IMG/VR virus record: IMGVR_UViG_3300017780_003084
Coordinates: 1-64,000 of that record
Direction: 5' to 3' (one strand)
Length of the DNA: 64,000 nt
From: a virus
Lineage: Duplodnaviria; Caudoviricetes
Part shown: in pieces, positions 51,141 through 60,179 of the stretch
Position numbering within the stretch: position 1 is the first letter of the stretch
How the letters are laid out: the number at the start of each line of letters is the position of its first letter
The notes under the pieces: generated by a model
What the model was told of the DNA's origin: nothing
Database searches by the model: none
What the model saw: only the letters and a program-made list of their open reading frames with translations
Made by a program: the position numbers and the translations under genes

Positions 51141-52304
51141 TTAGAGATTGGGAGGGATGTCAAGAGAAATTTCTTTCAACCCTGCACATAATTCCAGCAC
51201 TTCCTCTTTCCTGTCAATGCTAATACTCTCTCGTCTGAAGCCTTCGCAGGAGATTAAGCCAGTTTTGTGTAGAGCTTTGATAGAATTCTCCACTGATATC
51301 ACTTTATTACCAGACCCTTCGAAGATTCTTGTTGAGAGGATTTTGTAGCCTAGCTCTTTTAAGTTCTTACGATGAGTTGTAAGTCTGTTGTCTAGTTTGT
51401 TTGTGATGCCATATCCTAGGATTGCTCCAAAGTCTGTTTGGATTTCTAGGAGGTATAGTGAGCCTAGTTTGGTTTTGTCATAGCCTGTTATTGGAGGGTT
51501 GCATTCTATACATTCGTAGCCTATCGCAGATGTACTATCATGTACGCGAGAGTATAACCCATGTATCTTACAAACAAAAGTAGGGAACCAGTAGTTACCT
51601 TTCTTTACTGCACCAATAACAGATACATTCTCATTATTACCATCTGAAACCCTTCTTTTAGCCATTTCCGATATATAATCCCCAGATAACTTCTTCTTGG
51701 CAGAACAATAGCAAGGTATCTTACCTTTATCAAGATTGTTCAAGGTACTTTCAAACAAACTCTCAAGTCCTTTGGATTCGCAAATCTTACAATGAAATCC
51801 GCACCAAACACTACTGCCGAATTTCTTGCCAGTATCCCATACTGCGTAAGATGGATTGTTCATGTTGTATTTAGATAGAGTTTCACTGGCAGAATGAGGA
51901 ATTCCTAAGTTCCCATCTCCAGCAAAGAAACTGTTGATCGAATTTATAGTGAATTTTATTCCCATCCTATTGCAGAAAAGATTTACTTCAGTATTACTTG
52001 GTTTTCCTGAAATTACTCCAAACCCTAAAAATTTAATTGGGAGGTTTTCGGAAACAATTTTACGATCAATCTTGATTTTATACTGCAACAAGGAAATTCT
52101 GGGATTTTTGGCACAACCACATGGAATACTTCCTTTTCTTAAAGCAGTATAAACTTGCTCAAATACTGCATCACCATATAACTCAGGGTCTTTTGCACAA
52201 ACCAGACATTTGACTTTTACATAACCGCCTTTAGCACGGCTAACAACTACAAGATTACCTTCATTAAATGTTTCTCCAACTCTACTTTTATTATATTCCC
52301 TCAT
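51141..52304 (-). CDS. Hef-like homing endonuclease with Zn-ribbon repeats and a C-terminal GIY-YIG-like domain
   Basis: Repeated C..C and IPC.C motifs; GYDKTKLGSLYLL...GYGITN....RL..H. Confidence 0.7.
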   Translation of the reverse strand: MREYNKSRVGETFNEGNLVVVSRAKGGYVKVKCLVCAKDPELYGDAVFEQVYTALRKGSIPCGCAKNPRISLLQYKIKIDRKIVSENLPIKFLGFGVISGKPSNTEVNLFCNRMGIKFTINSINSFFAGDGNLGIPHSASETLSKYNMNNPSYAVWDTGKKFGSSVWCGFHCKICESKGLESLFESTLNNLDKGKIPCYCSAKKKLSGDYISEMAKRRVSDGNNENVSVIGAVKKGNYWFPTFVCKIHGLYSRVHDSTSAIGYECIECNPPITGYDKTKLGSLYLLEIQTDFGAILGYGITNKLDNRLTTHRKNLKELGYKILSTRIFEGSGNKVISVENSIKALHKTGLISCEGFRRESISIDRKEEVLELCAGLKEISLDIPPNL

Positions 52305-53106
52305 CTCCATCCCATTTGTTATCTCTTTCACAATCTATATAGAAAGAAGCTTCATCAAAATAATTAAATAAATCCTCATCTACCTCTTTATCCACAGTAT
52401 TTGAAGCCCAAACAAGAATATCAGGCTCAACAACATATACTTTTTCCTCTATAGAAGAATTAGTATATATGCCTACTTTTTCATCACTATACTTTTCTAC
52501 GCAAGTATATATATGGGATATAATAGCGTTACGGTTCTCAAACTCACTAACTAAGTTCTCAACCATGTTGATTGTTGATTGTGCATCTGTACCATTACCT
52601 AACTTACTGCCTGCATACGTTAATGAAACAATAGCCCATCTCACACTGTTAGCGTAAGAAGAATCAAGATTAAATAAATCAATATAATTACTGACCTCAT
52701 CCTCAATCCTGTCACTAATTAACTTTGTTGACTGCATTAATTCAGTAAATGATTGTTGTGCTTTGTGTGGCTGTAGCCAGTATGGGCGTACAAGACAGTC
52801 TTTGTGTTCACGTAGTTTTGTTTTGATACGATTAAATATCTTATCTTCTTTTGTTTTGTCTTCCTTAGTGAATGTGTTTGTGTGCAAGGTTCTAATGATG
52901 TGTCGGACTTCAATATTTGTGATTCCTTCTTTGCTTCTTGCTTTATTCATTGTTTGTGCAAGAATTTCATCATCTGTTTTGTGTTTCTTCACTGTCTTGA
53001 GGTTTGTTTTGCACCATATTTCACTACACCCTAGTGTTTGTGCAATCTCTTTGTATGTGCAACCTTCTTCCCTTAATTTTTGTGCTTGTTTGGTATCAAC
53101 CTTCAT
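52291..53106 (-). CDS. HTH DNA-binding protein
   Basis: N-terminal LREEGCTYKEIAQTLGCSEIWCK; own promoter. Confidence 0.7.
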   Translation of the reverse strand: MKVDTKQAQKLREEGCTYKEIAQTLGCSEIWCKTNLKTVKKHKTDDEILAQTMNKARSKEGITNIEVRHIIRTLHTNTFTKEDKTKEDKIFNRIKTKLREHKDCLVRPYWLQPHKAQQSFTELMQSTKLISDRIEDEVSNYIDLFNLDSSYANSVRWAIVSLTYAGSKLGNGTDAQSTINMVENLVSEFENRNAIISHIYTCVEKYSDEKVGIYTNSSIEEKVYVVEPDILVWASNTVDKEVDEDLFNYFDEASFYIDCERDNKWDGDEGI

Positions 53107-53150
53107 TTATACTAATCCTTTCATATACTAAGTATATTTCTTAAAAGTAT

Positions 53151-53179
53151 ATTGTAGCACCCACTCTGCTTGAAGTCAA
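53151..53179 (-). promoter_or_regulatory. sigma70-type promoter
   Basis: TTGACT-17-TACAAT, preceded by a terminator at 53203-53233. Confidence 0.7.
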
Positions 53180-53238
53180 CAATTATTTGTGTACATAGAA
53201 TAAAACCCCATACCAATTAAGGCACAGGGTTTGTTAAT

Positions 53239-53334
53239 TTAAGCCTTCTCAACCCTCTCCCTAGCAACCTTAAAATACTTCTCATCAAGCTCAATTCCTA
53301 TGAAGCTTCTGTTAGTGTTTTTACAAGCTACTCC
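53239..53334 (-). pseudogene. Orphan C-terminus of a DNA methyltransferase
   Basis: Reads GVACKNTNRSFIGIELDEKYFKVARERVEKA*, in a frame overlapping the stop of the intact MTase. Confidence 0.85.
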
Positions 53335-54083
53335 TTTATAATCAACTCAACATCTAAGTTATTCGTTGTAATACACTCCTTAACTCTACTACAACCTATT
53401 TTGAAATATTCTTTATCTAGCTCAATACCAATTGCATTTCTTTTAGTATTCATGGCTGCTACAATAGTTGTTGAACTACCCATAGTAAAGTCCAACACTG
53501 TATCTCCTTCATTACTGTAAGTCTTGATTAAGTATTCCATTAGAGCAACAGGCTTTTGTGTTGGGTGCATTCCTCTCTCGCAATCAAAACGTTGTACTGT
53601 CCTTGGATACCGAGTTGTGTCTCCTCCAACGTAGTTTCTGACATTATCCCCGTTGTATATAGAACCTTGGGAAGCCCCTCTAGCAGAGTTTGTAGGAGAG
53701 TGCCCTTCTGTCTTCTGTGGATTGTACCAAATTCCAGAGGGCATAAACACAACTACATCTTCATGCGCTGTAAGAGGTCTTTTCTTAGCATTAGGAAAGT
53801 TTGTAGCTCGATTTTTCTCCCATACCCAACAATACTTAAACCAAGGAAGATTACTAGAAATTAATGTAGTTGTAAATGGTTGAGAAGCTGTCAGGACAAT
53901 AGCTCCATTAGACTTAATAATGCGCTTCAACTGCTCCCACATAGGTTCTAGTGGAATTATTGAATCCCATTTACAAGCTGTTGTCCCGTAAGGAGGGTCT
54001 GTAACAATCAAATCAATACTCCCATCAGGAATACCCTTCATAACTTCTAAACAATCTCCATTGTACAATTCTATTTTACTCAT
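53328..54083 (-). CDS. N4-C/N6-A DNA methyltransferase, beta class
   Basis: LYNGDCLEVM, VTDPPY, HPTQKPVALMEYLI, VLDFTMGS, IGIELD. Confidence 0.93.
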   Translation of the reverse strand: MSKIELYNGDCLEVMKGIPDGSIDLIVTDPPYGTTACKWDSIIPLEPMWEQLKRIIKSNGAIVLTASQPFTTTLISSNLPWFKYCWVWEKNRATNFPNAKKRPLTAHEDVVVFMPSGIWYNPQKTEGHSPTNSARGASQGSIYNGDNVRNYVGGDTTRYPRTVQRFDCERGMHPTQKPVALMEYLIKTYSNEGDTVLDFTMGSSTTIVAAMNTKRNAIGIELDKEYFKIGCSRVKECITTNNLDVELIIKE

Positions 54084-54494
54084 TGTTCACTCCACTCCAT
54101 CTTCAATATCCACTTACCATTTCCAGCTCGTTTATACTCAGTCCAGACATTTTCTGCAATTAGCAAACTAATGACATCATCTAATGTATAAGGTTGCTCA
54201 CAAGTAACAGTTCTGATAAGTGAGCTGTGGAATAAGTTACGTGCCATAGCAATTTCATGTAATAGGTTTGCTACAATAATTTCTGACTCTGGTTTCAATA
54301 TGCTCTCCTTAACGTAAAATATCAACAGATGTATAATTTAATTGGGTATTCACAACAACAGAGTATTTGATATTATCAGAAATATCTAAACGTACTCCGT
54401 ATTCGTTATCCAACCCAAGTACAGCATCTTCCAAACCTTCGGAAACTAATTTATCAACCAAACTCTTTAAATCACCAATTGTAGCAAACTTCAT
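54080..54494 (-). CDS. Two small hypothetical proteins (54080-54325, 54309-54494)
   Basis: Coupled ORFs. Confidence 0.6.
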
Positions 54495-54922
54495 TCCACC
54501 CCTCCTTTCAAAGATTTTCGTTTCTGCATAATAAGCACACCTAGAGTATTCTTACCTTTTCCTGTCTTCAAGCAAACTCCCCAAAACTTGTCATTCCACA
54601 TATTGCCTTCTTGAATAAGTATATCTCCAGTAGCTAATAATTTAGCTTTAAAGAATGGTTGGTTAAACTTTTGATCTATGCATTCTCTCATAATATCAAC
54701 TTTGATGTCTTCCCAGTTATCTACCAACGTGATGTTTCTACTAGCTTTCTTTACCTGCCCTGCAGAGAACGTATCTTCACAAAAGTTTTTCCATCCTTCA
54801 TCATCACTCTTAGCAGACATATACGCATGTTCTACGGAGTGAAACACTCTATCTTGTAACTTAATACTAACCTCTGTGAAGTTACTAAGCCAGCGGAATT
54901 CACCTTGAAATTCTTTAATCAT
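54491..54922 (-). CDS. NADAR (YbiA/DUF1768) family hydrolase
   Basis: FRWLSNF, SVEHAYM..K, KFNQ, LLATGD..IQEGNMWNDKFWG, GKN.LG..IM..R. Confidence 0.9.
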   Translation of the reverse strand: MIKEFQGEFRWLSNFTEVSIKLQDRVFHSVEHAYMSAKSDDEGWKNFCEDTFSAGQVKKASRNITLVDNWEDIKVDIMRECIDQKFNQPFFKAKLLATGDILIQEGNMWNDKFWGVCLKTGKGKNTLGVLIMQKRKSLKGGVE

Positions 54923-55224
54923 AAATTTTACCTCCTTCAATAACACCTAATACACAAGTCGATTTCCACTGTTCCTTAGCATACGCTAATGTGTCATCAA
55001 TATTCTTAATAGCCTCTGGAGATTCGTCTAGTAATTTACCTAGTGTTCCATCCGGCTTTCGATAGTAGTAATAAACCAATTCCATTTATTTCTCCTTAAG
55101 TTATTGTCACATCGACAGGCAACACTCTACACAACAAAATTATCCTTGTCAAGATAATTCTCCATAAAATAAAAGCCCTCGCACATTTCTGTGAAAGGGC
55201 TTCAACTTCGTTAGAAGTTATTTC

Positions 55225-55749
55225 TTATTGTTTACAAATAGTGGCAGACAAGCTATCTCTGGTATAACGAGTAATATCACATTCTTTATACCCTACAGTA
55301 TTCTTACTGTCATCCTTTAACACAACCCTCTGTGTATCAACCACTACTGTCTGTTTACTGTTGATAACATTTCTACCTACAGAGAATAAGTCAATTAGTT
55401 TATCTGTTGCTATAAAGCTACTTGACATAGCTTCATGGTCATACCAACCAAAGTCTCTAGGTGCTATGTTATTGATGACATATCCTTCAGCTTCTAAATA
55501 CTCTAGAGCTTTGATTATCCCCCTGTTTGTTATTCCTTTAGGATTATATTGCTTTGGTAACATAGCTTCTGCTGTATCTCTATTGTAGAATATATTCTTT
55601 CCTTTATGAGCTAGTACATTAACGACAATAACACCTATCTCTTGCTTATATCTACAATTCATATACCTTACTTTGCTACTAACTCCTCTAGGTACTTTAA
55701 CACTGAGAGAGATGAATACACCACTCATGTCTATTACATCTATATCCAT
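55225..55749 (-). CDS. Hypothetical protein with a winged-helix-like segment; own promoter and terminator
   Basis: RBS TAAGGAG; IIKALEYLEAEGYVIN; promoter TTGACA-18-TAGAAT at 55939-55968; terminator at 55171-55203. Confidence 0.6.
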   Translation of the reverse strand: MDIDVIDMSGVFISLSVKVPRGVSSKVRYMNCRYKQEIGVIVVNVLAHKGKNIFYNRDTAEAMLPKQYNPKGITNRGIIKALEYLEAEGYVINNIAPRDFGWYDHEAMSSSFIATDKLIDLFSVGRNVINSKQTVVVDTQRVVLKDDSKNTVGYKECDITRYTRDSLSATICKQ

Positions 55750-56016
55750 ATCTAATCTCCTTATCCTATTCAATGACACCCCTTATAGTTCCTTATTAGA
55801 TACTACCCCTATAATAAGCAGAAATTGCAGTGCAAATGCCTTGAAAGCCTTTACCAGTATAGCTTTCAGCGATATTCTACATAATTTATTTCCAGTGTTT
55901 AGGCCGAAACACACTCTCTTAAAACTCCCAATACACCCATTCTACAACACACTCCCAAGATTTGTCAAGTACAAATAACAAATCCCTCGTATTTCTACAA
56001 GGGCTTTTCCTACTAC

Positions 56017-56488
56017 TCAAGGTTGGATGTCAATATATGTAACACCATGTTCGCTATGAAAAACATCGTATTTAACCATTCCGTCCTCACTTAAGTAAAT
56101 TTGGTACTCATCGTTGCAGCCAATCAAAGCGTCACAGTACCCCTCCTCGACAAGTTTATCAACTAATTTCTTCAAATCCCTTAGAGTTGCTTCTTTACAC
56201 ATACTTTACTCCTTTATTTAACTTAAACAACTGTTTCAACTTATGCCACTAACTAAACGTCTCTTTCTTCTCAACCTTCCGAAACACCCACTCTCCATTG
56301 TGCTTGTGAGTTGCCAGTTCAACATGCAGTCCATTAAACTTAGTTCCAAATGTCATTTTACGACCTCTGACACTCCACACAACAATTTCACCCTTCTTAG
56401 AAACCAGTGTCATGTGATCGTCTGAGCTACTTACCACTTCCCCTGTGAGTGAGTTCACAACTCTGTATTTGAATCCTGCATTAGTCAT
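56017..56488 (-). CDS. Two small hypothetical proteins (56017-56202, 56249-56488)
   Basis: Promoter TTGACA-17-TAATAT at 56528-56556; terminator at 55981-56008. Confidence 0.65.
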
Positions 56489-56584
56489 ATACGCTCCATA
56501 AATGTGTTTGTCGAATCGACAGAACGAATATTAAAGGAATCGAAGATAAATGTCAACACAACCCTCTAAGATATTTGAAATCTA

Positions 56585-56613
56585 TTGACAAAACCTCAAT
56601 AATATGTTATAAT
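56585..56613 (+). promoter_or_regulatory. Perfect-consensus sigma70 promoter
   Basis: TTGACA-17-TATAAT. Confidence 0.9.
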
Positions 56614-56639
56614 AGACATCTTTAAAAAGGAAAAATAAA

Positions 56640-57305
56640 ATGGACTTGCAGACACAATCAGTTTGGGGCTTAAACAACCAAGAAGAAATTGTAGTAAAGT
56701 TGGGCACTGGTGGAGACTCTGTTGTTGGAGTCCTTCCTACTAATCAGATACCTGTTGATGCAGATGGTAAACTCGTGCTAAGAATACCAGAACTGGACTC
56801 AATAGGTTCTAGCCCTCTCAGTACAGGGTTCTTCGACTATAACGACAGTGCTACAGCCATAACACCTATTAGTGTGTTGGCGAATACATGGACTAAACTA
56901 ACTAACAATGGTTTGGGAGCATTTACTAACAAGACGTATAAACCCGCTGGTGTGGCTGAAGTATGGAATACTACAACGAATAGGTTCGAGTGGGGAGACT
57001 TGGTACTTGGTGACACGTTAGATATTAGGGCTGATATTGATATAATTACATCTGTTCCAAACCAAATAGTTAATTTGGCGGTATTCAATGCAGTGGGAAC
57101 TGCAGGAGAGTATGAAATTGACCTAATGCCTGAGACAACCTATAAAACTGTGGGTATTAAGAAGATCATTACATATATTGGTATCTATATGGGTGATACC
57201 AATACGTTGAACAACCCTTCAGAGATACGGATTAGGAGTGACGCAGCTTGCTCAGTTAAAGTCAATGGGTGGTATGTGAGGTTGTTATTAGTGGGACAGC
57301 ACTAA
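56640..57305 (+). CDS. Stand-alone beta-rich, virion-like protein
   Basis: Thr/Gly/Asn-rich, GFFDYND...NTWTKLTNNGLG...VNGWYV; RBS AAAGGA. Confidence 0.6.
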   Translation: MDLQTQSVWGLNNQEEIVVKLGTGGDSVVGVLPTNQIPVDADGKLVLRIPELDSIGSSPLSTGFFDYNDSATAITPISVLANTWTKLTNNGLGAFTNKTYKPAGVAEVWNTTTNRFEWGDLVLGDTLDIRADIDIITSVPNQIVNLAVFNAVGTAGEYEIDLMPETTYKTVGIKKIITYIGIYMGDTNTLNNPSEIRIRSDAACSVKVNGWYVRLLLVGQH

Positions 57306-57309
57306 AAGA

Positions 57310-57337
57310 AAAGCCCCTTCCTTGCGGTTGGGGCTTT
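57310..57337. terminator. Bidirectional terminator
   Basis: AAAGCCCC...GGGGCTTT between convergent genes. Confidence 0.8.
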
Positions 57338-57367
57338 GTTGTTTACACTTCAGGTGGTGATAAGTAA

Positions 57368-58117
57368 TCAATCATAAGCTGTTTCTAAGTCTTTAAAAGC
57401 CCTAGTAGCAGGGTCGTACTGCGGTGTAAGTACTTCCCCATCAACTTTCTTCTTACGTGGCTTAGATGGCTTTTTAAGCGCCTTCTGAGCGGCTTTCTCG
57501 AGCTTTTCTACTTGCTCCTTATACCAAGCATTGCGTTGCTCAGAACGTTCCATCCAGCCTTGAGCATCCAACCAGATATTCTTTCCTAGCATCATTTCAT
57601 CAAACTCTTGATCTGACAAGAATCCTGAATAGATTTCCTTGTAATATTCGTACAAGAACTTCTTGTCAAAATCACTCTTAGCATGGTACTCATTTAAGTT
57701 ACCAAAACTACCACTAGAACCGTTATGGATCAAGCTGTTAAAGTTACGAGACAGTTCAAAACTATCTGCTTGTAATAATATGTGTGTTCCTGCTGAATGC
57801 ACTCCTCCAGAGGCTACGATGTGTATTGGACAAGCACATTTCTCCATAGCGTGAATGAACCCACCTGACACATCAACGTTACCACCACAACTTTGCAAAC
57901 TAATAACTACTTGGTCTTCTTCTTCAGCAGCTTCAAGAGCTTCAATACCCATTGTCACTTGCTCCATACTAATAACAGGAGCGTGGAAGTTAATCTTGAA
58001 CACCCCTGTTTTATTTGGGGTGTAGGACACAGTGATACGGTTATTGTCTTGGTATTCTTCTGAAAAGTTATTACGAGCTTGTAGTTTGTTGATATTTTCT
58101 TTGTAATTTGGTTTCAT
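57368..58117 (-). CDS. ClpP-like protease subunit
   Basis: LQSCGG.V, GGVHSAGTHIL (Ser), SLIH (His), WLDA. Confidence 0.85.
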   Translation of the reverse strand: MKPNYKENINKLQARNNFSEEYQDNNRITVSYTPNKTGVFKINFHAPVISMEQVTMGIEALEAAEEEDQVVISLQSCGGNVDVSGGFIHAMEKCACPIHIVASGGVHSAGTHILLQADSFELSRNFNSLIHNGSSGSFGNLNEYHAKSDFDKKFLYEYYKEIYSGFLSDQEFDEMMLGKNIWLDAQGWMERSEQRNAWYKEQVEKLEKAAQKALKKPSKPRKKKVDGEVLTPQYDPATRAFKDLETAYD

Positions 58118-58126
58118 GTGTTCTCC

Positions 58127-58879
58127 TTAATCTTTTGAGTAAGCAGAGATGACGCTCTGCACTACAGGATGTCTCTTACATTCTTGGTCTGTGAAAGAAT
58201 GAAATCCTACGTGTGGGTATTTAGCACTTAAAAATCCTTCAGGGTCTTCTACAAAGAATCTGTTGATAGCATCTGCAAGACCATTGCGCTTACCATTACC
58301 TTGCAGAATCTGATTACTATCCCCTGCCACCACCACAGTTGTCCCATCACCGATACGTTCTAATAGCAGCTTCAGAACTTGAGGGGATAATTGTTGTGCT
58401 TCGTCAATCAGTACAAGTTTGTCAGTCCACGTAGCACCTAGTTGGAAGTTAGGGATTGTGAAATGAATTCGTGTGTCTCTGTCTGCATCTACAACACCCG
58501 CACCTAAGAATTTCTCAAGGATTTGTTTTGCAGGGAGGAAATGCACTTCAGTTTTTTGTGTCAAGTCCCCTTGCAAGAATCCAATGGTGTCTTCATTGAA
58601 TTCTACTGGAGTGCGAATCACCATAATCTCTTTGTACCGATCTGCAAGGTATTCTTTGCAGAAGTGCCACAACACAGATGAGCTTTTGCCTGTACCTGCT
58701 GCAGCGTCTACGAATGTTAGTGTATTGCCAATTATTGTATTAATACACTCTTTCTGAGATTTGGTTGGAACGAAGTCATTAATTCTACCCATCTTATCTT
58801 CTTGCAACTTTGCATTCATTACAAAAGATTGTCCACCAGTTCTGCTAATTTTTGTACTCTTGGTTATTGAACGAGCCAT
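58127..58879 (-). CDS. phoH: PhoH-family ATPase
   Basis: AAAGTGKS, IGFLQGD...K, GATW...LIDEAQ, LLERIG...VVAGD..Q, RHPVV. Confidence 0.92.
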   Translation of the reverse strand: MARSITKSTKISRTGGQSFVMNAKLQEDKMGRINDFVPTKSQKECINTIIGNTLTFVDAAAGTGKSSSVLWHFCKEYLADRYKEIMVIRTPVEFNEDTIGFLQGDLTQKTEVHFLPAKQILEKFLGAGVVDADRDTRIHFTIPNFQLGATWTDKLVLIDEAQQLSPQVLKLLLERIGDGTTVVVAGDSNQILQGNGKRNGLADAINRFFVEDPEGFLSAKYPHVGFHSFTDQECKRHPVVQSVISAYSKD

Positions 58880-58949
58880 CGAGATTATCTCCCAGATTAA
58901 AGTTAAACTACCAAGCACTTGATACATGCTTGGCTTATACTACAAAATA

Positions 58950-59228
58950 CTACTGATTAAAATTACTTAACACTTGCTTCTCTAACAACTTCTCAATTGT
59001 CGTGCCAGATTCAATCGCTAATTGTGTAAATGCCTTATACACATCCTTCGGAATTCGCACAGTAACAGGGAATAATGTTTCAGGTTGATTAACATGAACA
59101 CCACTGCCAATCAAGTTGAAGTTCTCTGCAAACACTGTGTAGTTATCTGCTTTTGTGCGGATTGTATCGCCTGTAATTGGATTGAAGTCTGTCCTACTCT
59201 TACCAAAATTTCCACTATTCGTTGTCAC
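58950..59228 (-). CDS. Small protein with a C-terminal ribbon-helix-helix-like motif
   Basis: VTVRIPKDVYKAFTQLAIESGTTIEKLL. Confidence 0.6.
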   Translation of the reverse strand: MTTNSGNFGKSRTDFNPITGDTIRTKADNYTVFAENFNLIGSGVHVNQPETLFPVTVRIPKDVYKAFTQLAIESGTTIEKLLEKQVLSNFNQ

Positions 59229-59693
59229 TAAACATCCCTCCTTCTGAATTTACTCTACCATTTTCAATCTTTAAGACAAGATTTCCATCTTCATCTGTCC
59301 ATTCTACTAACATGCCACCTTGTTTGCATGACTCTAACACATCATACAGGTCAGCTTCTAGTAATTGTTTATTTTTCTTGCCCATTTGGTTTACGTCCAC
59401 GAGGTTTTGGAGCTTCTGTTAGCTCTTCTTGTTGTTCTTGTATAGCACCACGAATTACTATAGCGTTATATTGCTGGTCAATCCAAGGATACTCTGAAGC
59501 TTCCTCTGAGATGATAAAGCCTTCTTTAAATTTAGCTTGTAGTTCTAATGCAAATTGTCCTACAGAGCTTTCACGGATTGTGATTTTTTCCAAGTTAATT
59601 CCTTTCATTTTATTATTCAAAATCTTCTGTAAACAGTAAATGCTCTACGAAGTCGTTTACATCGAGATATTCCAGTTCTACATATTCTTCCAT
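59215..59693 (-). CDS. Small ORFs, including a 26-aa acidic peptide at 59613-59693
   Basis: Promoter TTGCAT-17-TATAGT at 59740-59768; RBS AAGGAGAA. Confidence 0.55.
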
Positions 59694-59845
59694 TTAGTTC
59701 TCCTTGTTATGAAATTTAAAACATTCCTTCAGAAATTAAACTATAACACCTAAAGCCATGAAATGCAAGTATTTCTTTTCAACAACTTTAAATGGTTACT
59801 TGCCCTACTTATTGTTAGGTACTGTAATAACTTATGGTTGTTATA

Positions 59846-59874
59846 TTGACAAATGACTCTAGATGTGTTATAAT
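59846..59874 (+). promoter_or_regulatory. Perfect-consensus sigma70 promoter
   Basis: TTGACA-17-TATAAT. Confidence 0.9.
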
Positions 59875-59913
59875 GCAATGGTTTATAGAGTCATTAACTA
59901 ACAGAAAGAATAT

Positions 59914-60177
59914 ATGGCAAATTCGATACCAGATTTAAATCTCACCCTTACAGATTGGGTAAATGTGTACGCGACTACAGGGATAGCTGTAGGTACAAGC
60001 ATTGTCATTCAAAACAAGGCTTCAAACCCTGTGCTATTATACATTGCAGCTTCAAAACCTACAACGTCTTCTTATGATGGGTATGCCATTCGAAGTTTAG
60101 AAGCAGTTGTTGTTGATGCTGCCGAATCTGGCTGCTGGATACGTGGCAGCGGTGTAGTCAATGTTCAACAAGGATAA
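59914..60177 (+). CDS. Small virion-like beta protein
   Basis: W.NVY..TGIAVGT.I.IQNK motif. Confidence 0.6.
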   Translation: MANSIPDLNLTLTDWVNVYATTGIAVGTSIVIQNKASNPVLLYIAASKPTTSSYDGYAIRSLEAVVVDAAESGCWIRGSGVVNVQQG

Positions 60178-60179
60178 TC

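Noticed and set aside
53328-53345. Programmed -1 frameshift joining the MTase to its fossil C-terminus
   Set aside because: No canonical X XXY YYZ heptamer (T ATA AAG) or obvious stimulator, and the product would only duplicate the terminal helix.
55141-55230. Read-through of the TAA ending the 55225-55749 ORF
   Set aside because: The downstream frame runs straight into a terminator hairpin and the next promoter, and the translation is not protein-like.
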